From: a virus
IMG/VR virus record: IMGVR_UViG_3300010965_000427
Coordinates: 57,728-121,727 of that record
Length of the DNA stretch: 64,000 nt
Strand: one strand, 5' to 3'
Shown here: positions 29,448 through 39,731 of the stretch, piece by piece
How positions within the stretch are numbered: the stretch's first letter is position 1
Layout of the letters: each line of letters starts with the position of its first letter
Translations under genes and position numbers: made by a program
The notes under the pieces: model-generated
Told to the model about the DNA's origin: nothing
The model's database searches: none
What the model saw: only the letters and a program-made list of their open reading frames with translations

Positions 29448-29975
29448 ATGGCTATTGCAAATAAATCCGGATTAGTTTCTTTTAATCAATTTCAAGTTTG
29501 TGAAAATGGCGAAATATTAAAAAGAATGGAGGAAAATGAAGTAATTTTTGAAAAAGCTTCGAATATTGCGGAAAGATCTATCGTCTCTTCAATGGATAAT
29601 CCAGTTTTTATTGGAAACCCGTTTATTTATTGCAGGCCATTAATGGCAAACGTGCCTTCTGTTTATTTTGTAGCTGAAATTCCGGGCGTTTGTTTAGATT
29701 CTAAACTTCACGATATTGATTTTACATCAAGTGCATCATTAATTTTTGAAATTAAAATTGACTACAGATTAATTACAGTGCACATTTCATCGTTTATATA
29801 TAAAAAACAAATAATTGTATTTACAATGCCTAAAGAGTGTTTAGATATAATTTCCAATTTAGACATAATTCAATCAAATCATGGAATCCAGCAAGAACCT
29901 CAAATATGGGAAACATTGCAAAAAATATTTAATACATTAGCATTCTTGAAAAACGATGCGCTAACCATGTCATAA
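29448..29975 (+). CDS. hypothetical protein (175 aa)
   Basis: AGGTG SD; has its own promoter-like motif and terminator. Confidence 0.7.
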   Translation: MAIANKSGLVSFNQFQVCENGEILKRMEENEVIFEKASNIAERSIVSSMDNPVFIGNPFIYCRPLMANVPSVYFVAEIPGVCLDSKLHDIDFTSSASLIFEIKIDYRLITVHISSFIYKKQIIVFTMPKECLDIISNLDIIQSNHGIQQEPQIWETLQKIFNTLAFLKNDALTMS

Positions 29976-30005
29976 TGGCTCAATAGTTAAAAACGCTAGC
30001 TTTAT

Positions 30006-30052
30006 GATTTTGCCCAATAGCTTTATGGCTATTGGGCAAAATCTGCTTTTTT
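30006..30052. terminator. terminator between convergent genes
   Basis: 16-bp stem GATTTTGCCCAATAGC/GCTATTGGGCAAAATC followed by T runs. Confidence 0.85.
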
Positions 30053-30075
30053 AAATTTTTTAATTATAGCTCACA

Positions 30076-30693
30076 TTACATTTCGCCCAAATGGCCAATG
30101 ATAAAATTTTCTAGTTCTGTTAATTTAGACTGTAGATGTTGATTAGTAATTTGCAATTGTCGGTATTTTAAAGCAATCGAATATTGATCTGTTATTCTAG
30201 AGTTCCTAGCTGTAATTAAAGCCTGGTGTTCTTCTTGAGTAAGTAATTGTTCTTTTGAAACAACTACCTCTTTAATAACTGGCCTTATCCCTAAGTGCTT
30301 ATAAACTACTTCAGATATATCCTGAGTGACCGCTGTGAGATTTGTGGTAACAGCGTGAGATCCTATGCTTACCCCTAATACGTTTGCTGTATAAATCACT
30401 CCATCTGCCGACGGAGACCCAATAATGTAATTAGTTGGAACGTAAAGCCACTGCCCAACTTCACTTTGCAAAGAAGCAATTAATTGATTGGCCGAAATAG
30501 CTGTATTAAAATCAGATTGTGTTAATTGGTTTTTTAAATATACAGAAGCTAAAGGGTCTTGATCTGAATCCAGCCATTCATTAATTGTTCTTAAAGCTTG
30601 AATTGTATATATTACAGTGCTAGTTTGAAATGGAGTTATTAGTTGAAACCTACCTTTCATTCCAACAGTTAAAACGGCAGTTATACTTGGCAT
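30076..30693 (-). CDS. conserved phiKZ-like hypothetical protein (205 aa)
   Basis: G.F.L..PF, YT..ALRTI and LYVP..YI...P motifs; C-terminal coiled coil. Confidence 0.7.
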   Translation of the reverse strand: MPSITAVLTVGMKGRFQLITPFQTSTVIYTIQALRTINEWLDSDQDPLASVYLKNQLTQSDFNTAISANQLIASLQSEVGQWLYVPTNYIIGSPSADGVIYTANVLGVSIGSHAVTTNLTAVTQDISEVVYKHLGIRPVIKEVVVSKEQLLTQEEHQALITARNSRITDQYSIALKYRQLQITNQHLQSKLTELENFIIGHLGEM

Positions 30694-30706
30694 AATTTTG
30701 CTCTAT

Positions 30707-31999
30707 TTAAACGCTGGTGACTTCAAATTTTGCCAACATAATATAACTTATGTTATCAAAAACGCACGACACGTATACTTTATTATCTCTAATCACTCTG
30801 CGAAACTGAGTGGGTAAATTTCCTAAAGGAGTCAATTGTTCAGAACTAATTATTAATTGCTCTATCAAAATAAGCCACTCTCTGGTTTTTTGCGTCATTC
30901 TATTAAAGTCTAATGAAGTAGATGGAATTGGAATATAGTCAGGAAATAAAGTGCGAAAAACAGTGTTTCCTGTGGTATTATTTAATCCATTAATTATAAT
31001 AATGCAAAGCGCTTTATAATCAAATGGAATAATTGTCATATTATTCTGTATAAATAAATCGTTATAAAAGTCTACTTTGTCTTTAGCAAACGTGGTGTAT
31101 TCGACCGGATCAATTAAAGACGAATAAATTCCTCCTTGAGTTGTAAGATTCGGAATAGCGTATTTATCCCATCTGGGTAGTAAAACAAATTCATTTCTTT
31201 TAAAAATATCTGGAAATATAGCTTCCCATTCAGAAACTGTGTGAGTTGAATTTTGAAGAATGTATTGTACTAAAAAGTCTCTAATGGTATCAAAATCGTC
31301 CCCGGCTATCCCGTATATTAGAAAAAACCAATTTGTTGTTATTGGCACTTGGCCCGCTGGTTTATATTCAAATGTCATTGTTCTAAGAATTGTTTCCGGA
31401 ATATCCTGCCTAGCTTCTTGAGATAAATCTATCATCTGAATTAAAGTTCTTTCAGATAATTTTTGAATAACTAATTGACGAGACAAAAAGAAATCGTCCA
31501 ATCTAGCTAATGGAGTAATTGGAGTTATCGAATACTCATCGTACCATGTTTCAAAAGATGCGTTGGAATACCAAAGTTTTACTAATGTAGAAGTCGTTGA
31601 AATGTTCGTCCAAGAAATCCATTCAGGCAACCACAGCGTTCCGTCTGTTACAAAAGTGCCAAGTTCTATTGTAGATATTTGTGTTGGAAATGTGTTTAAT
31701 AGCATAGCAATAACGGCATTCTTATCGTAAGGTGCTAAATTGCTTTGTGTATAAGCAATGCATGCTTTTGTTACAAGAATGCATTGAAGTATAAGGCTTG
31801 CAGAAGCGACTGTGGCGCCAGAAGGACTAGCGCTTTTAAAAGCATTTATCGTAAAGCCCGGATGATTGTCGTTAGTATATATTCCAAGCTCCTTTGTATA
31901 TGTTCTAGATATAGGAGAAAGTTCTCCTAAGGGAGCAACAACTGATACTTCATTTCTGATTAATGACGAAATAGTTAAAAAACCTTTTAAAGAATTCAT
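30707..31999 (-). CDS. virion structural protein, phiKZ gp157-like
   Basis: MNSLKGF, PLGELS..S.TY, W..IFPDIFK.NEF...PRWD, S.DFNRM; synteny with RNase H. Confidence 0.65.
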   Translation of the reverse strand: MNSLKGFLTISSLIRNEVSVVAPLGELSPISRTYTKELGIYTNDNHPGFTINAFKSASPSGATVASASLILQCILVTKACIAYTQSNLAPYDKNAVIAMLLNTFPTQISTIELGTFVTDGTLWLPEWISWTNISTTSTLVKLWYSNASFETWYDEYSITPITPLARLDDFFLSRQLVIQKLSERTLIQMIDLSQEARQDIPETILRTMTFEYKPAGQVPITTNWFFLIYGIAGDDFDTIRDFLVQYILQNSTHTVSEWEAIFPDIFKRNEFVLLPRWDKYAIPNLTTQGGIYSSLIDPVEYTTFAKDKVDFYNDLFIQNNMTIIPFDYKALCIIIINGLNNTTGNTVFRTLFPDYIPIPSTSLDFNRMTQKTREWLILIEQLIISSEQLTPLGNLPTQFRRVIRDNKVYVSCVFDNISYIMLAKFEVTSV

Positions 32000-32055
32000 T
32001 TTTTCACAACTCCAAGCGGAAGCTTACAACAAACGACTGAAACGCGAGATTAACA

Positions 32056-32373
32056 ATGTGGCGTGGTCTTTTTTCACTTATATCGTTTTTACAAGAAGTA
32101 TTTAATGAAAGAAAAGAAGAAAGAAGTTTTAATCACGAATCCTTCAATATATATCGTTTTATTTTTTATTTAATTTTTGCTATTTTAATAATAACAAATG
32201 TTTCTAGCATTTTTATTCTTAATCGCTTAACAAATAAATACATTTCTATTGAACTTCTATACGATAAGCTCATGCATTCTTGTTTAAAAGACAATGAATT
32301 AATTGAAAGACACAATCAATTAAATGACCAAGATTTAACAACAGGCATAGTGCCAGGCAATCCTAGAAAATAA
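32056..32373 (+). CDS. small membrane protein
   Basis: One TM helix FIFYLIFAILIITNVSSIFIL followed by a helical tail. Confidence 0.65.
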   Translation: MWRGLFSLISFLQEVFNERKEERSFNHESFNIYRFIFYLIFAILIITNVSSIFILNRLTNKYISIELLYDKLMHSCLKDNELIERHNQLNDQDLTTGIVPGNPRK

Positions 32374-32428
32374 AAAATGAATATTCTAATTTTCTAGACA
32401 CGATAATAAAAAGCCAGGAGTTTTCAGT

Positions 32429-33907
32429 ATGACACATTCGGCTATTATTTACACAGACGGGGGCGCGCGCCCAAATCCTGGTTTTGCAGGCTGGGGGGCG
32501 CATGGTTATTTATATATAAATGAAAAATCACAAGCTGTTAAAATAAATGGACATCAGTTAACAACAACAGGCTATAAATTAATAAAAGATGTTTTAAATA
32601 ACGAAGATCCACTAACCGTCACTGATTATTTTGACTTTTTTGGTTCTCTGTTAGTAGAAACAACAAATAATGCTGCTGAGATATTAGCTTTTATAGAAAC
32701 GCTCAATCGCCTATTAACCGTAGAAGAAATAATAGATAACATTATTATTTATACAGATAGCGATTATGTTAAAAAAGGAATCAAAATAGGATTGCCAATA
32801 TGGAATAAAAGAAATTGGATAAAAAGCGATGGTAACCCGGTGGCAAACAGCAACCATTGGAAACAACTTGAGTCTATATTAAATATATACAAAGAAAGAA
32901 ATATTCCAATAGATGTCCATTGGGTAAAAGGACATAATTCTAATTTTGGAAATCAAACAGCAGATCTTCTTGCTACCATTGCAATATCTTATTCTAAAGA
33001 TAAAATTTTATTTCAAAATTTTGCAATAACTACAGCAAAAAATTATTGGAAAAAAGTAATAATAAAACATCCTTTTATTACCCACAGAAGACTTTATTTT
33101 AATAGCCTTTTCGAATACCATAAACCTGGTCAATATTTTTTGGCAGATCCTGGAGATAGCAAAGATTCTTCAATTGGGCGAAGAATGCCAGATACAGCAT
33201 ATTCTTTAATTAGATTGGCTGAACCAGACACCATTATTGAAACTGTGCTTGAGCATCAAGCCGTTGTATCAAAAAATATTAATTCAATATTAATGCTCCG
33301 TATAGACAAACTATACAGACCAGATATTTATTCTTATTTAGATAAATATAAAGGGCAGGCATTAACGCTTAATAGTTCGTCCGGCATTAGTTTAAACTTT
33401 GTGGACAATACATCTATAACTGTAGAACAAAATCCCCCTGGTTTATGCCTAAGGGCAATTGAACATTCAGCGCTATTAGAAGAATTATTAGAATGTTTTT
33501 TGATTGATAACGGACAGCCTTCTTCTGCACGCACTTCTATAAAAAATCAAACATATCACGATATAACAAACTACTTTTATTCAATTAATACTGCCGATGT
33601 AAAAGAAACAGCTAATAAAAAATATTTATTAAAGCCAGAAATAACTACAGCAATTAAAAACATATCTGTCGCCATTACAATAAATATTTCAAAAGAGCAT
33701 ATTTTGCTTAATTCAAACATTTCTTTATTATTTGGAATAGACATTCCTTCTAGAAATTCATTAAAAAAAATAGAAGATTTAAATCCGCAGATTTTTATTA
33801 TGACATGGCAAGAAAGTGATAACAGTTTTCGTTATTGTAGCATTATTGTAATAAAAGATGCAATCGGTATATGGTCAAACTTCTTTTCTAATCAGGTGTT
33901 TTTCTAA
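32429..33907 (+). CDS. rnhA: RNase HI with a long C-terminal extension, phiKZ gp155-like
   Basis: YTDGG.RPNPG..GWG, TNN.AE, YTDS.YV, WVKGH...GN..AD.LA. Confidence 0.9.
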   Translation: MTHSAIIYTDGGARPNPGFAGWGAHGYLYINEKSQAVKINGHQLTTTGYKLIKDVLNNEDPLTVTDYFDFFGSLLVETTNNAAEILAFIETLNRLLTVEEIIDNIIIYTDSDYVKKGIKIGLPIWNKRNWIKSDGNPVANSNHWKQLESILNIYKERNIPIDVHWVKGHNSNFGNQTADLLATIAISYSKDKILFQNFAITTAKNYWKKVIIKHPFITHRRLYFNSLFEYHKPGQYFLADPGDSKDSSIGRRMPDTAYSLIRLAEPDTIIETVLEHQAVVSKNINSILMLRIDKLYRPDIYSYLDKYKGQALTLNSSSGISLNFVDNTSITVEQNPPGLCLRAIEHSALLEELLECFLIDNGQPSSARTSIKNQTYHDITNYFYSINTADVKETANKKYLLKPEITTAIKNISVAITINISKEHILLNSNISLLFGIDIPSRNSLKKIEDLNPQIFIMTWQESDNSFRYCSIIVIKDAIGIWSNFFSNQVFF

Positions 33908-33938
33908 GTGAAAAGTATTAAAAGACTAGAGAAAATAA

Positions 33939-34337
33939 ATGCCATCGCTTCTTAGTTTAATAGAAAGATATATACAAAAAGGGCTTAAAATTCTGTTACC
34001 AATTAAAATTCGAAGAATGATTGTATTATCGTCTATAACAGCTTTAATCGAACAAAAGCCTCCCACTTATGAGATTACAGAACAACTTAATAGAATATTA
34101 AATTTATGTAACAATCCAAAAGCGATTGAATTTCCAATGATAATAAAAAGCATAATTTGGAAAAAAGCAATGGAAAAAAATTCGGCTAAATTAAATAATT
34201 TAAAAACCAGCAGCACTAATGAATTAATTACTTTCTTTTTGGAAAATATTCCAGAATATTTAATTTATGGAGAACCCAGCGATATAAAAGAAGATTTTAT
34301 AAAATTATTTAATGTTATTCATTGTTCTTCTAAATAA
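33939..34337 (+). CDS. hypothetical protein (132 aa)
   Basis: Co-oriented ORF after RNase H, ending before a terminator. Confidence 0.65.
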   Translation: MPSLLSLIERYIQKGLKILLPIKIRRMIVLSSITALIEQKPPTYEITEQLNRILNLCNNPKAIEFPMIIKSIIWKKAMEKNSAKLNNLKTSSTNELITFFLENIPEYLIYGEPSDIKEDFIKLFNVIHCSSK

Positions 34338-34361
34338 ATTATGCAATATAGGTCTAATATT

Positions 34362-34397
34362 TGATATGCACTAGGCAAACTGGCCTAGTGCATATCA
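34362..34397. terminator. bidirectional terminator hairpin
   Basis: TGATATGCACTAGGC/GCCTAGTGCATATCA 15-bp stem between convergent genes. Confidence 0.82.
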
Positions 34398-34422
34398 GAA
34401 ATTAATCTTAATTTTTAAACTA

Positions 34423-35385
34423 CTAAATATTAATTATTGTTTCTGCTAAACGCATAATTGAATTAGTAAAAACTAAAGTATCAAAATAAACCATTGCGGT
34501 AAGTTCTACGTGCCTACCAACTTCTCTAGCCCCGGTCGATATATCCTTTGCCGTTTCTGGAGATATGTTTAATTTATTAGATTTTGCAGAATCGACAAAC
34601 ATGTCCAATAAATCAGAAAATGCTTTTACTTCGTCTTTGATTTTTTCTAATTCATTTTTTGTCTGAACGGCTTGCAATTTTGTAGCATTTTCAAATAAAG
34701 GAGTTAAATCGCTTAATCTTCCTATTACTGATTTAAAATTTGTTTTACTTATATTTGTTGACTTTGGGAAGTAAGGCTTTAGTGTACTTACAATATGCAA
34801 ATTATCTTTTTCTAATTTTTTAAATATTGAGCTGTTGTCTTTTACAGAAATGCTTTCTCCTTTATTTGTAACTAATGTAGATAGCATTGTGTGATAAAAT
34901 GGAAATAGTTCAATTCTGGACTCCCTGATTTTTGTGGAAATATAGATAAGGTCACTGGAATAGTCCAAAAAAGCCCCTTTAAAACTTTCCGGTTGAGAAA
35001 TAAGCAACGGCATTAAATTTAAATAGCCTAACGAATTTGCTTTTTTTATAGCAGATTTATAAATTTTTAATAAACCTTCAGAGTTATTTTCTGCTAAAAG
35101 ATGACCAATTAACTGAAGTTTTGTATTAAAAAATTCTTTTAATTTAGGAGCACTATTAATAAATATGGAAGCTGCATTGGAAATAAAACCAGATTCAAGT
35201 GCGTATCTTTTAATAGACGGATCAATAGTTGTATAACGGCTTATTGCATGTTCGTTTCTAAAAAATGAAAAATTGTTATTTAAGCCAAAGTGAGAATTAT
35301 TTATTTCGAGTTCTAAATCATTATCGCGTTTATCTATTTCTTCTATAGAAATTTCTCCAAAACCCTTCCAATTTAAATTACGCAT
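34423..35385 (-). CDS. putative head/virion protein, phiKZ gp153-like
   Basis: 320-aa helical protein with an A-L-E-S maturation-type motif near residue 60; divergent from UvsX. Confidence 0.55.
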   Translation of the reverse strand: MRNLNWKGFGEISIEEIDKRDNDLELEINNSHFGLNNNFSFFRNEHAISRYTTIDPSIKRYALESGFISNAASIFINSAPKLKEFFNTKLQLIGHLLAENNSEGLLKIYKSAIKKANSLGYLNLMPLLISQPESFKGAFLDYSSDLIYISTKIRESRIELFPFYHTMLSTLVTNKGESISVKDNSSIFKKLEKDNLHIVSTLKPYFPKSTNISKTNFKSVIGRLSDLTPLFENATKLQAVQTKNELEKIKDEVKAFSDLLDMFVDSAKSNKLNISPETAKDISTGAREVGRHVELTAMVYFDTLVFTNSIMRLAETIINI

Positions 35386-35480
35386 GGCGTTAAAACCTTC
35401 CTATTAAAAAAAACAACACAAAGATATAATATAGCCTAAGGAGACCTAACTTACTTTTCACTCTGAAAATTGAGAAAACA

Positions 35481-36959
35481 ATGCTTTTAAGACCAGAATT
35501 TAGACCTTCGCCAAGTGTAAAAATTTTAATAAACATAGGAAGTTTGTTAGATATTCCTACTGGCTCATATCTAAAAGGAAAATATGGAGAAAGCATTTTA
35601 AATGGAGGGCTAGGCAGCATGACGGCCATTGTAGGAATAGGTAATAATTTTAAAAGCACTCTCTTACACTATATGATGTTAAGTGCTGCTTCCAGAATAC
35701 AATATTCTCACGAAACATCGATGTCAACTTACGATACAGAAATAAATATACACGAAGATCATTTAAGAAAGTTTATCAAAAGATTCCCAATTTTTTCAGA
35801 AATTGACATTATAGAAACAGGGCAGTGGATTATTACTGATAAAACAATATACTTAGCGAATGAATGGTTTGAGATTTTGAAAAAGTTTTTAAAGTCTAAA
35901 CAAGAACATTCAAAAAGTTTATTACTAAATAGTCCGTTTCTTGAAAGAGATAGAAAAACACTTATGCCGATTCTTGTTCCTACATTTAGTGAAGTTGATT
36001 CGTTGACTGAATTTGAAACATCCGATGTTGCTAAGATTAGAGACGATAACGAATTGGGAGATTCCGGAGCAAACACAGTCCACATGAGGCAAGGACTGGC
36101 CAAGATGCGTTTTCTTATGGAGATACCGGCTCTTATTGGAAGCACAAATCATTTTGTTTTAATGACAGCGCATATTGGAAAAGATATACAAATGGCGTCT
36201 GGGCCGTTTTCTCCTCCAGCTACTAAGGTTTTACAATATTTAAAAAATGGAGATAAAATTAAGGGAGTTAGTGGAAAATTTGGTTATCTATTATCGTCAT
36301 GTTGGCACGCCTATAACTCAACGGCTCTCATTAACCAAAGCACCAAGGGCCCGGAATATCCACGAAATCCTACCGATAATATGCCGGGGGACACAGATCT
36401 TAATCTAGTTAGTTGCCGCCAATTAAGAAGTAAGTCCGGGCCGTCCGGTTGTGTTTTGGAAATTGTCGTTTCACAAAGCGAAGGTGTCCTTCCAGAATTA
36501 ACTGAATTTCATTATATAAAATCTCAAGAACGTTTTGGAATTTCAGGAACACAGCAACATTATTCTTTAGATTTGTTGCCAGATGAAAAACTGTCTCGCA
36601 CTACTATTCGTTCAAAGATTGACGCAAATCCTTTACTTAGACGTGCTTTAAATATTACTTCTGAATTATGTCAAATACATCAATTATGGAGGCACATGGA
36701 CCCAAAATTTTTATGCACTCCAAAAGAACTTTATGATAACCTTTTAAAACAAGGCTACGACTGGACTACATTATTAAATACAAGAGGCTGGTGGAGTTTA
36801 GAAAATGATAAAAATCCAATTCCGTTTTTAAGCACTATGGATTTGCTTAGGATGGCTTCAAAAACCCGTGAATTAACAATAGAGGATAGTTCTTATTTTC
36901 CATATTGGATGAATGAAGATAAATCGTTAAAAGAACCTTGGGCTAGTCAAAATAAATAA
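35481..36959 (+). CDS. uvsX: UvsX/RecA-like recombinase, phiKZ gp152-like
   Basis: NIG.LLDIPTG, Walker A variant GIGNNFKST, YDTE, VDSLTEF, MTAH, LRSKSGPSG. Confidence 0.82.
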   Translation: MLLRPEFRPSPSVKILINIGSLLDIPTGSYLKGKYGESILNGGLGSMTAIVGIGNNFKSTLLHYMMLSAASRIQYSHETSMSTYDTEINIHEDHLRKFIKRFPIFSEIDIIETGQWIITDKTIYLANEWFEILKKFLKSKQEHSKSLLLNSPFLERDRKTLMPILVPTFSEVDSLTEFETSDVAKIRDDNELGDSGANTVHMRQGLAKMRFLMEIPALIGSTNHFVLMTAHIGKDIQMASGPFSPPATKVLQYLKNGDKIKGVSGKFGYLLSSCWHAYNSTALINQSTKGPEYPRNPTDNMPGDTDLNLVSCRQLRSKSGPSGCVLEIVVSQSEGVLPELTEFHYIKSQERFGISGTQQHYSLDLLPDEKLSRTTIRSKIDANPLLRRALNITSELCQIHQLWRHMDPKFLCTPKELYDNLLKQGYDWTTLLNTRGWWSLENDKNPIPFLSTMDLLRMASKTRELTIEDSSYFPYWMNEDKSLKEPWASQNK

Positions 36960-36992
36960 TTTGTTTCTTTTTTGCGTTGTTTGAGAAGTATT

Positions 36993-37316
36993 ATGGATAC
37001 TGGCGAAGACCTTAATCTAGTAGAAGCTGTGTTAATGTTACTAAAGTCTGCTGGGTTATCTGATCAAAAAATTTATATTTATAGTAGTAATCGAGAACTA
37101 ATTACAATCTATAATTCAACATCTGAAATTCAAAGAAGATTTCTAAATAGATTTTGGGATCTTCAATTGTTATCTTCAAGATCAAATTCATCAAATGAAA
37201 GATTTGCATTAATTCCAGACGGAACAATATCGGACTGGTTGCGTAATTTTGAAACAGCAGTTCTTCCTTTTATCATAACAAACAATTTACCTATTTTAAT
37301 AGGGAATAAAGTCTAA
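36993..37316 (+). CDS. conserved hypothetical protein
   Basis: Likely ATG start at 36993; its stop overlaps the RNAP subunit start (TAATG). Confidence 0.65.
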   Translation: MDTGEDLNLVEAVLMLLKSAGLSDQKIYIYSSNRELITIYNSTSEIQRRFLNRFWDLQLLSSRSNSSNERFALIPDGTISDWLRNFETAVLPFIITNNLPILIGNKV

Positions 37317-38005
37317 TGAATGCTCCGCAAAAAAACAATCAGCGAGAAATTACACAAAATTATATTATAGAAATGCTTGATAGATTAGCACCAGGAGGCC
37401 CGACTTCAGGCATTTATAAAGATTTTTTTAGTAAAATGGACGATTTTGAATTTGATAGCTATATGACAAAAATCAAAAATGAAGAAATAAGATTAATTTT
37501 CTATGCTCCAAATTTTGCTAAGCCGGCTCTTTCAGTTAAAAGAAATATTGAAATTGCAAAAACATTAGGGCATTCATTTTTCCAAAGATTGTGGATAAAA
37601 GGAAATTCGGAAGTTCCCACTTATTTAACGCCAGTTCCATATTTAATTGTTGAGCTACCTCTTAGAAGAGCATCGCAGATGCTTGTAAAAAAAATGAAGC
37701 TTCCTCAAGACAGCAATACAGTAGATACATTAACTGGCCAAGTTACTGGGCCATCAAAGGGAACTAGAGTTTCATTTGAAGAAATGCGATTAATGGCCGC
37801 CATGGGGCTTGATAATTCCACTGTAGAATTTATGAAATATAGAGGGGGCGATATAAAAGGGGGCCAAGCACTTAACGCAATGATTACTAAGTATGGAAAC
37901 GCAAGATTAGAAACTTTAAAACACTATGCCTCTGGAGTAGAGAGCACAAAAACATTTTCAACATTTTTAAAAGCAATGCACCTTTCGTCTACTCTTAAAT
38001 TTTAA
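37316..38005 (+). CDS. virion RNA polymerase beta subunit C-terminal part, phiKZ gp149-like
   Basis: LTGQVTGPSKGTRVSFEEMRLMAAMG corresponds to the RpoB C-terminal TQQP..G...GGQRFGEME..AL.AYG region; KYRGGD. Confidence 0.8.
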   Translation: MNAPQKNNQREITQNYIIEMLDRLAPGGPTSGIYKDFFSKMDDFEFDSYMTKIKNEEIRLIFYAPNFAKPALSVKRNIEIAKTLGHSFFQRLWIKGNSEVPTYLTPVPYLIVELPLRRASQMLVKKMKLPQDSNTVDTLTGQVTGPSKGTRVSFEEMRLMAAMGLDNSTVEFMKYRGGDIKGGQALNAMITKYGNARLETLKHYASGVESTKTFSTFLKAMHLSSTLKF

Positions 38006-38008
38006 AAA

Positions 38009-38719
38009 ATGGAAACGCCCGTATATTCAACTTTATTCGTTGAGTTAGATGCTTTGCTCGATACGCGTTTAGCAATATTAACGTCTTTTGGCGAAGAAGC
38101 ATTAAAGTTTAATTTAACAAAAAACTATTTCTCAAGAAAACACGATTTTTTTATTGGGATTAATCAAGAAGAGTATAAAATAAAATATTTGAATAGAGAT
38201 AAATCAATTTTGAAAAATTCTTTATCTACTGAGTTAAGAAATGTTATTAATCAATTTATTCAAAAAACATTATTAAATAGAACAACAACTCCTTATCAGT
38301 TTTTACCAAAAATAATTGTTAATTTGTACCCTTATCAATTAGAGGAAAAAGAAAAACAAATTATTCTTTCATCTATTATTGCAATGACTCACGATCTTGC
38401 GCCTATAGAAATTGTTTATTTACCTTATTTAGAAATAACTCCAATGTATGTCAAAAAAAATCTTTCAGTATTAATTCTTTATAATTATTTGGAATGGCTA
38501 GAACTTCAATCTAAATTAAATAATTTTCCTAAAACTATTTGCCCAGAAGTTACTCTGCTAGGCCCGTGTATTTATTTTATATTACCAAACAACCATACAA
38601 ACACATCCGAAAATCCGTTTGGAGCCATTGAGCATATTGCTTCTCCTTTAATCTCATTAAAGCTATTGCCAATACATGTGTTCTCAATTGCAATTGATCA
38701 AAACGTGGTGCCAAATTAA
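38009..38719 (+). CDS. conserved hypothetical protein with a HAD-like N-terminal motif, gp147-like
   Basis: LFVELDALLDTR resembles hhhDxDxxL; VNLYPY.L motif. Confidence 0.6.
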   Translation: METPVYSTLFVELDALLDTRLAILTSFGEEALKFNLTKNYFSRKHDFFIGINQEEYKIKYLNRDKSILKNSLSTELRNVINQFIQKTLLNRTTTPYQFLPKIIVNLYPYQLEEKEKQIILSSIIAMTHDLAPIEIVYLPYLEITPMYVKKNLSVLILYNYLEWLELQSKLNNFPKTICPEVTLLGPCIYFILPNNHTNTSENPFGAIEHIASPLISLKLLPIHVFSIAIDQNVVPN

Positions 38720-39108
38720 TGTTCAAAGTTTTCTAAATCAAGAATCTGAATTCCAATGTCAGTTTCCCCTGGTTTTATATCTTCGCATCTGTGATTGGAA
38801 GATAATGACACAGCGCCAGTTCTATTTGGCAAAGCATTTAAATTTCTTTTTGAATTTAATAAAAGCTCGCCGACATAATTAATAATCTCATCACGTTCTT
38901 CATTTGTGTGCTGCTGCACTCTTATTTTTGCTCTATTAAGAACAACATTATCAATTCCAGAGATTGCTGATAATATAGTTTTTTGATCTTCTGGAACTTT
39001 TGGTATTTTATTCTTGGGCATCAAACCACGAATAAGTTTCCTCCTTAATTCGATTCCTTCTTCTAAAAGGTTATTGTCTTCTTGAGTAAATACATTCTGA
39101 TTAGCCAT
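38716..39108 (-). CDS. conserved hypothetical helical protein (130 aa)
   Basis: GGTGG SD; stop overlaps the stop of the convergent gene. Confidence 0.7.
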   Translation of the reverse strand: MANQNVFTQEDNNLLEEGIELRRKLIRGLMPKNKIPKVPEDQKTILSAISGIDNVVLNRAKIRVQQHTNEERDEIINYVGELLLNSKRNLNALPNRTGAVSLSSNHRCEDIKPGETDIGIQILDLENFEH

Positions 39109-39132
39109 TTTATGCCACCTTGTGAACTTAAT

Positions 39133-39684
39133 ATGTTTATTCTTTTAAAGAGATTTCAAAACTTACACAACTTTTTAATAAAGCCGCATAAAATAAAACT
39201 ACAGCCTAAACTTCTTTTTAAAAAAGAAATTTGTAAGAAAGACCCTTTGTGCGAAGAAATTTTATTAAAATTATTAGAACTTAATCCAGAAAGATTTTTT
39301 AATGTTCATTCAGCTGAATTAAGTTTGTTTTTTTTAAAACCTTTTATTTGCCCAATTGTTGCTTACAACGAAGCGATTAATCGAGTTAATGAATTTCTTA
39401 TTGAAGGTAAACTATTTCCTACATCCTTATATTTTAGTGAGCCTACAGAAATTTTTATTTCGGATTTTTTTATAAACGCCGATAAATCTTATTGCGATGA
39501 AGAAATCGTTTTAACTAGATTTATAAAATGTTCCACAGAATTTATTAATATGTATAAAATATATAATAATAAATTTACAGACGATAGTGAAAAAACAATT
39601 CAAACATTTGCAATGAATAGATTATTACAAAATTTATTTTATGTAACAACCGCGTTTAACGAAGTTCAAAAACTTTTTAAATGA
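39133..39684 (+). CDS. hypothetical protein
   Basis: Start moved to ATG 39133 to avoid overlap with the divergent gene. Confidence 0.6.
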   Translation: MFILLKRFQNLHNFLIKPHKIKLQPKLLFKKEICKKDPLCEEILLKLLELNPERFFNVHSAELSLFFLKPFICPIVAYNEAINRVNEFLIEGKLFPTSLYFSEPTEIFISDFFINADKSYCDEEIVLTRFIKCSTEFINMYKIYNNKFTDDSEKTIQTFAMNRLLQNLFYVTTAFNEVQKLFK

Positions 39685-39731
39685 TTCTATTAAAAAAAGA
39701 GCACATATACTATTTATACAATATATAACGC

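Noticed and set aside
12236-32400. CTAG-containing motif near several late gene starts as a late promoter
   Set aside because: CTAG is frequent throughout coding sequence here and its spacing to start codons is inconsistent.
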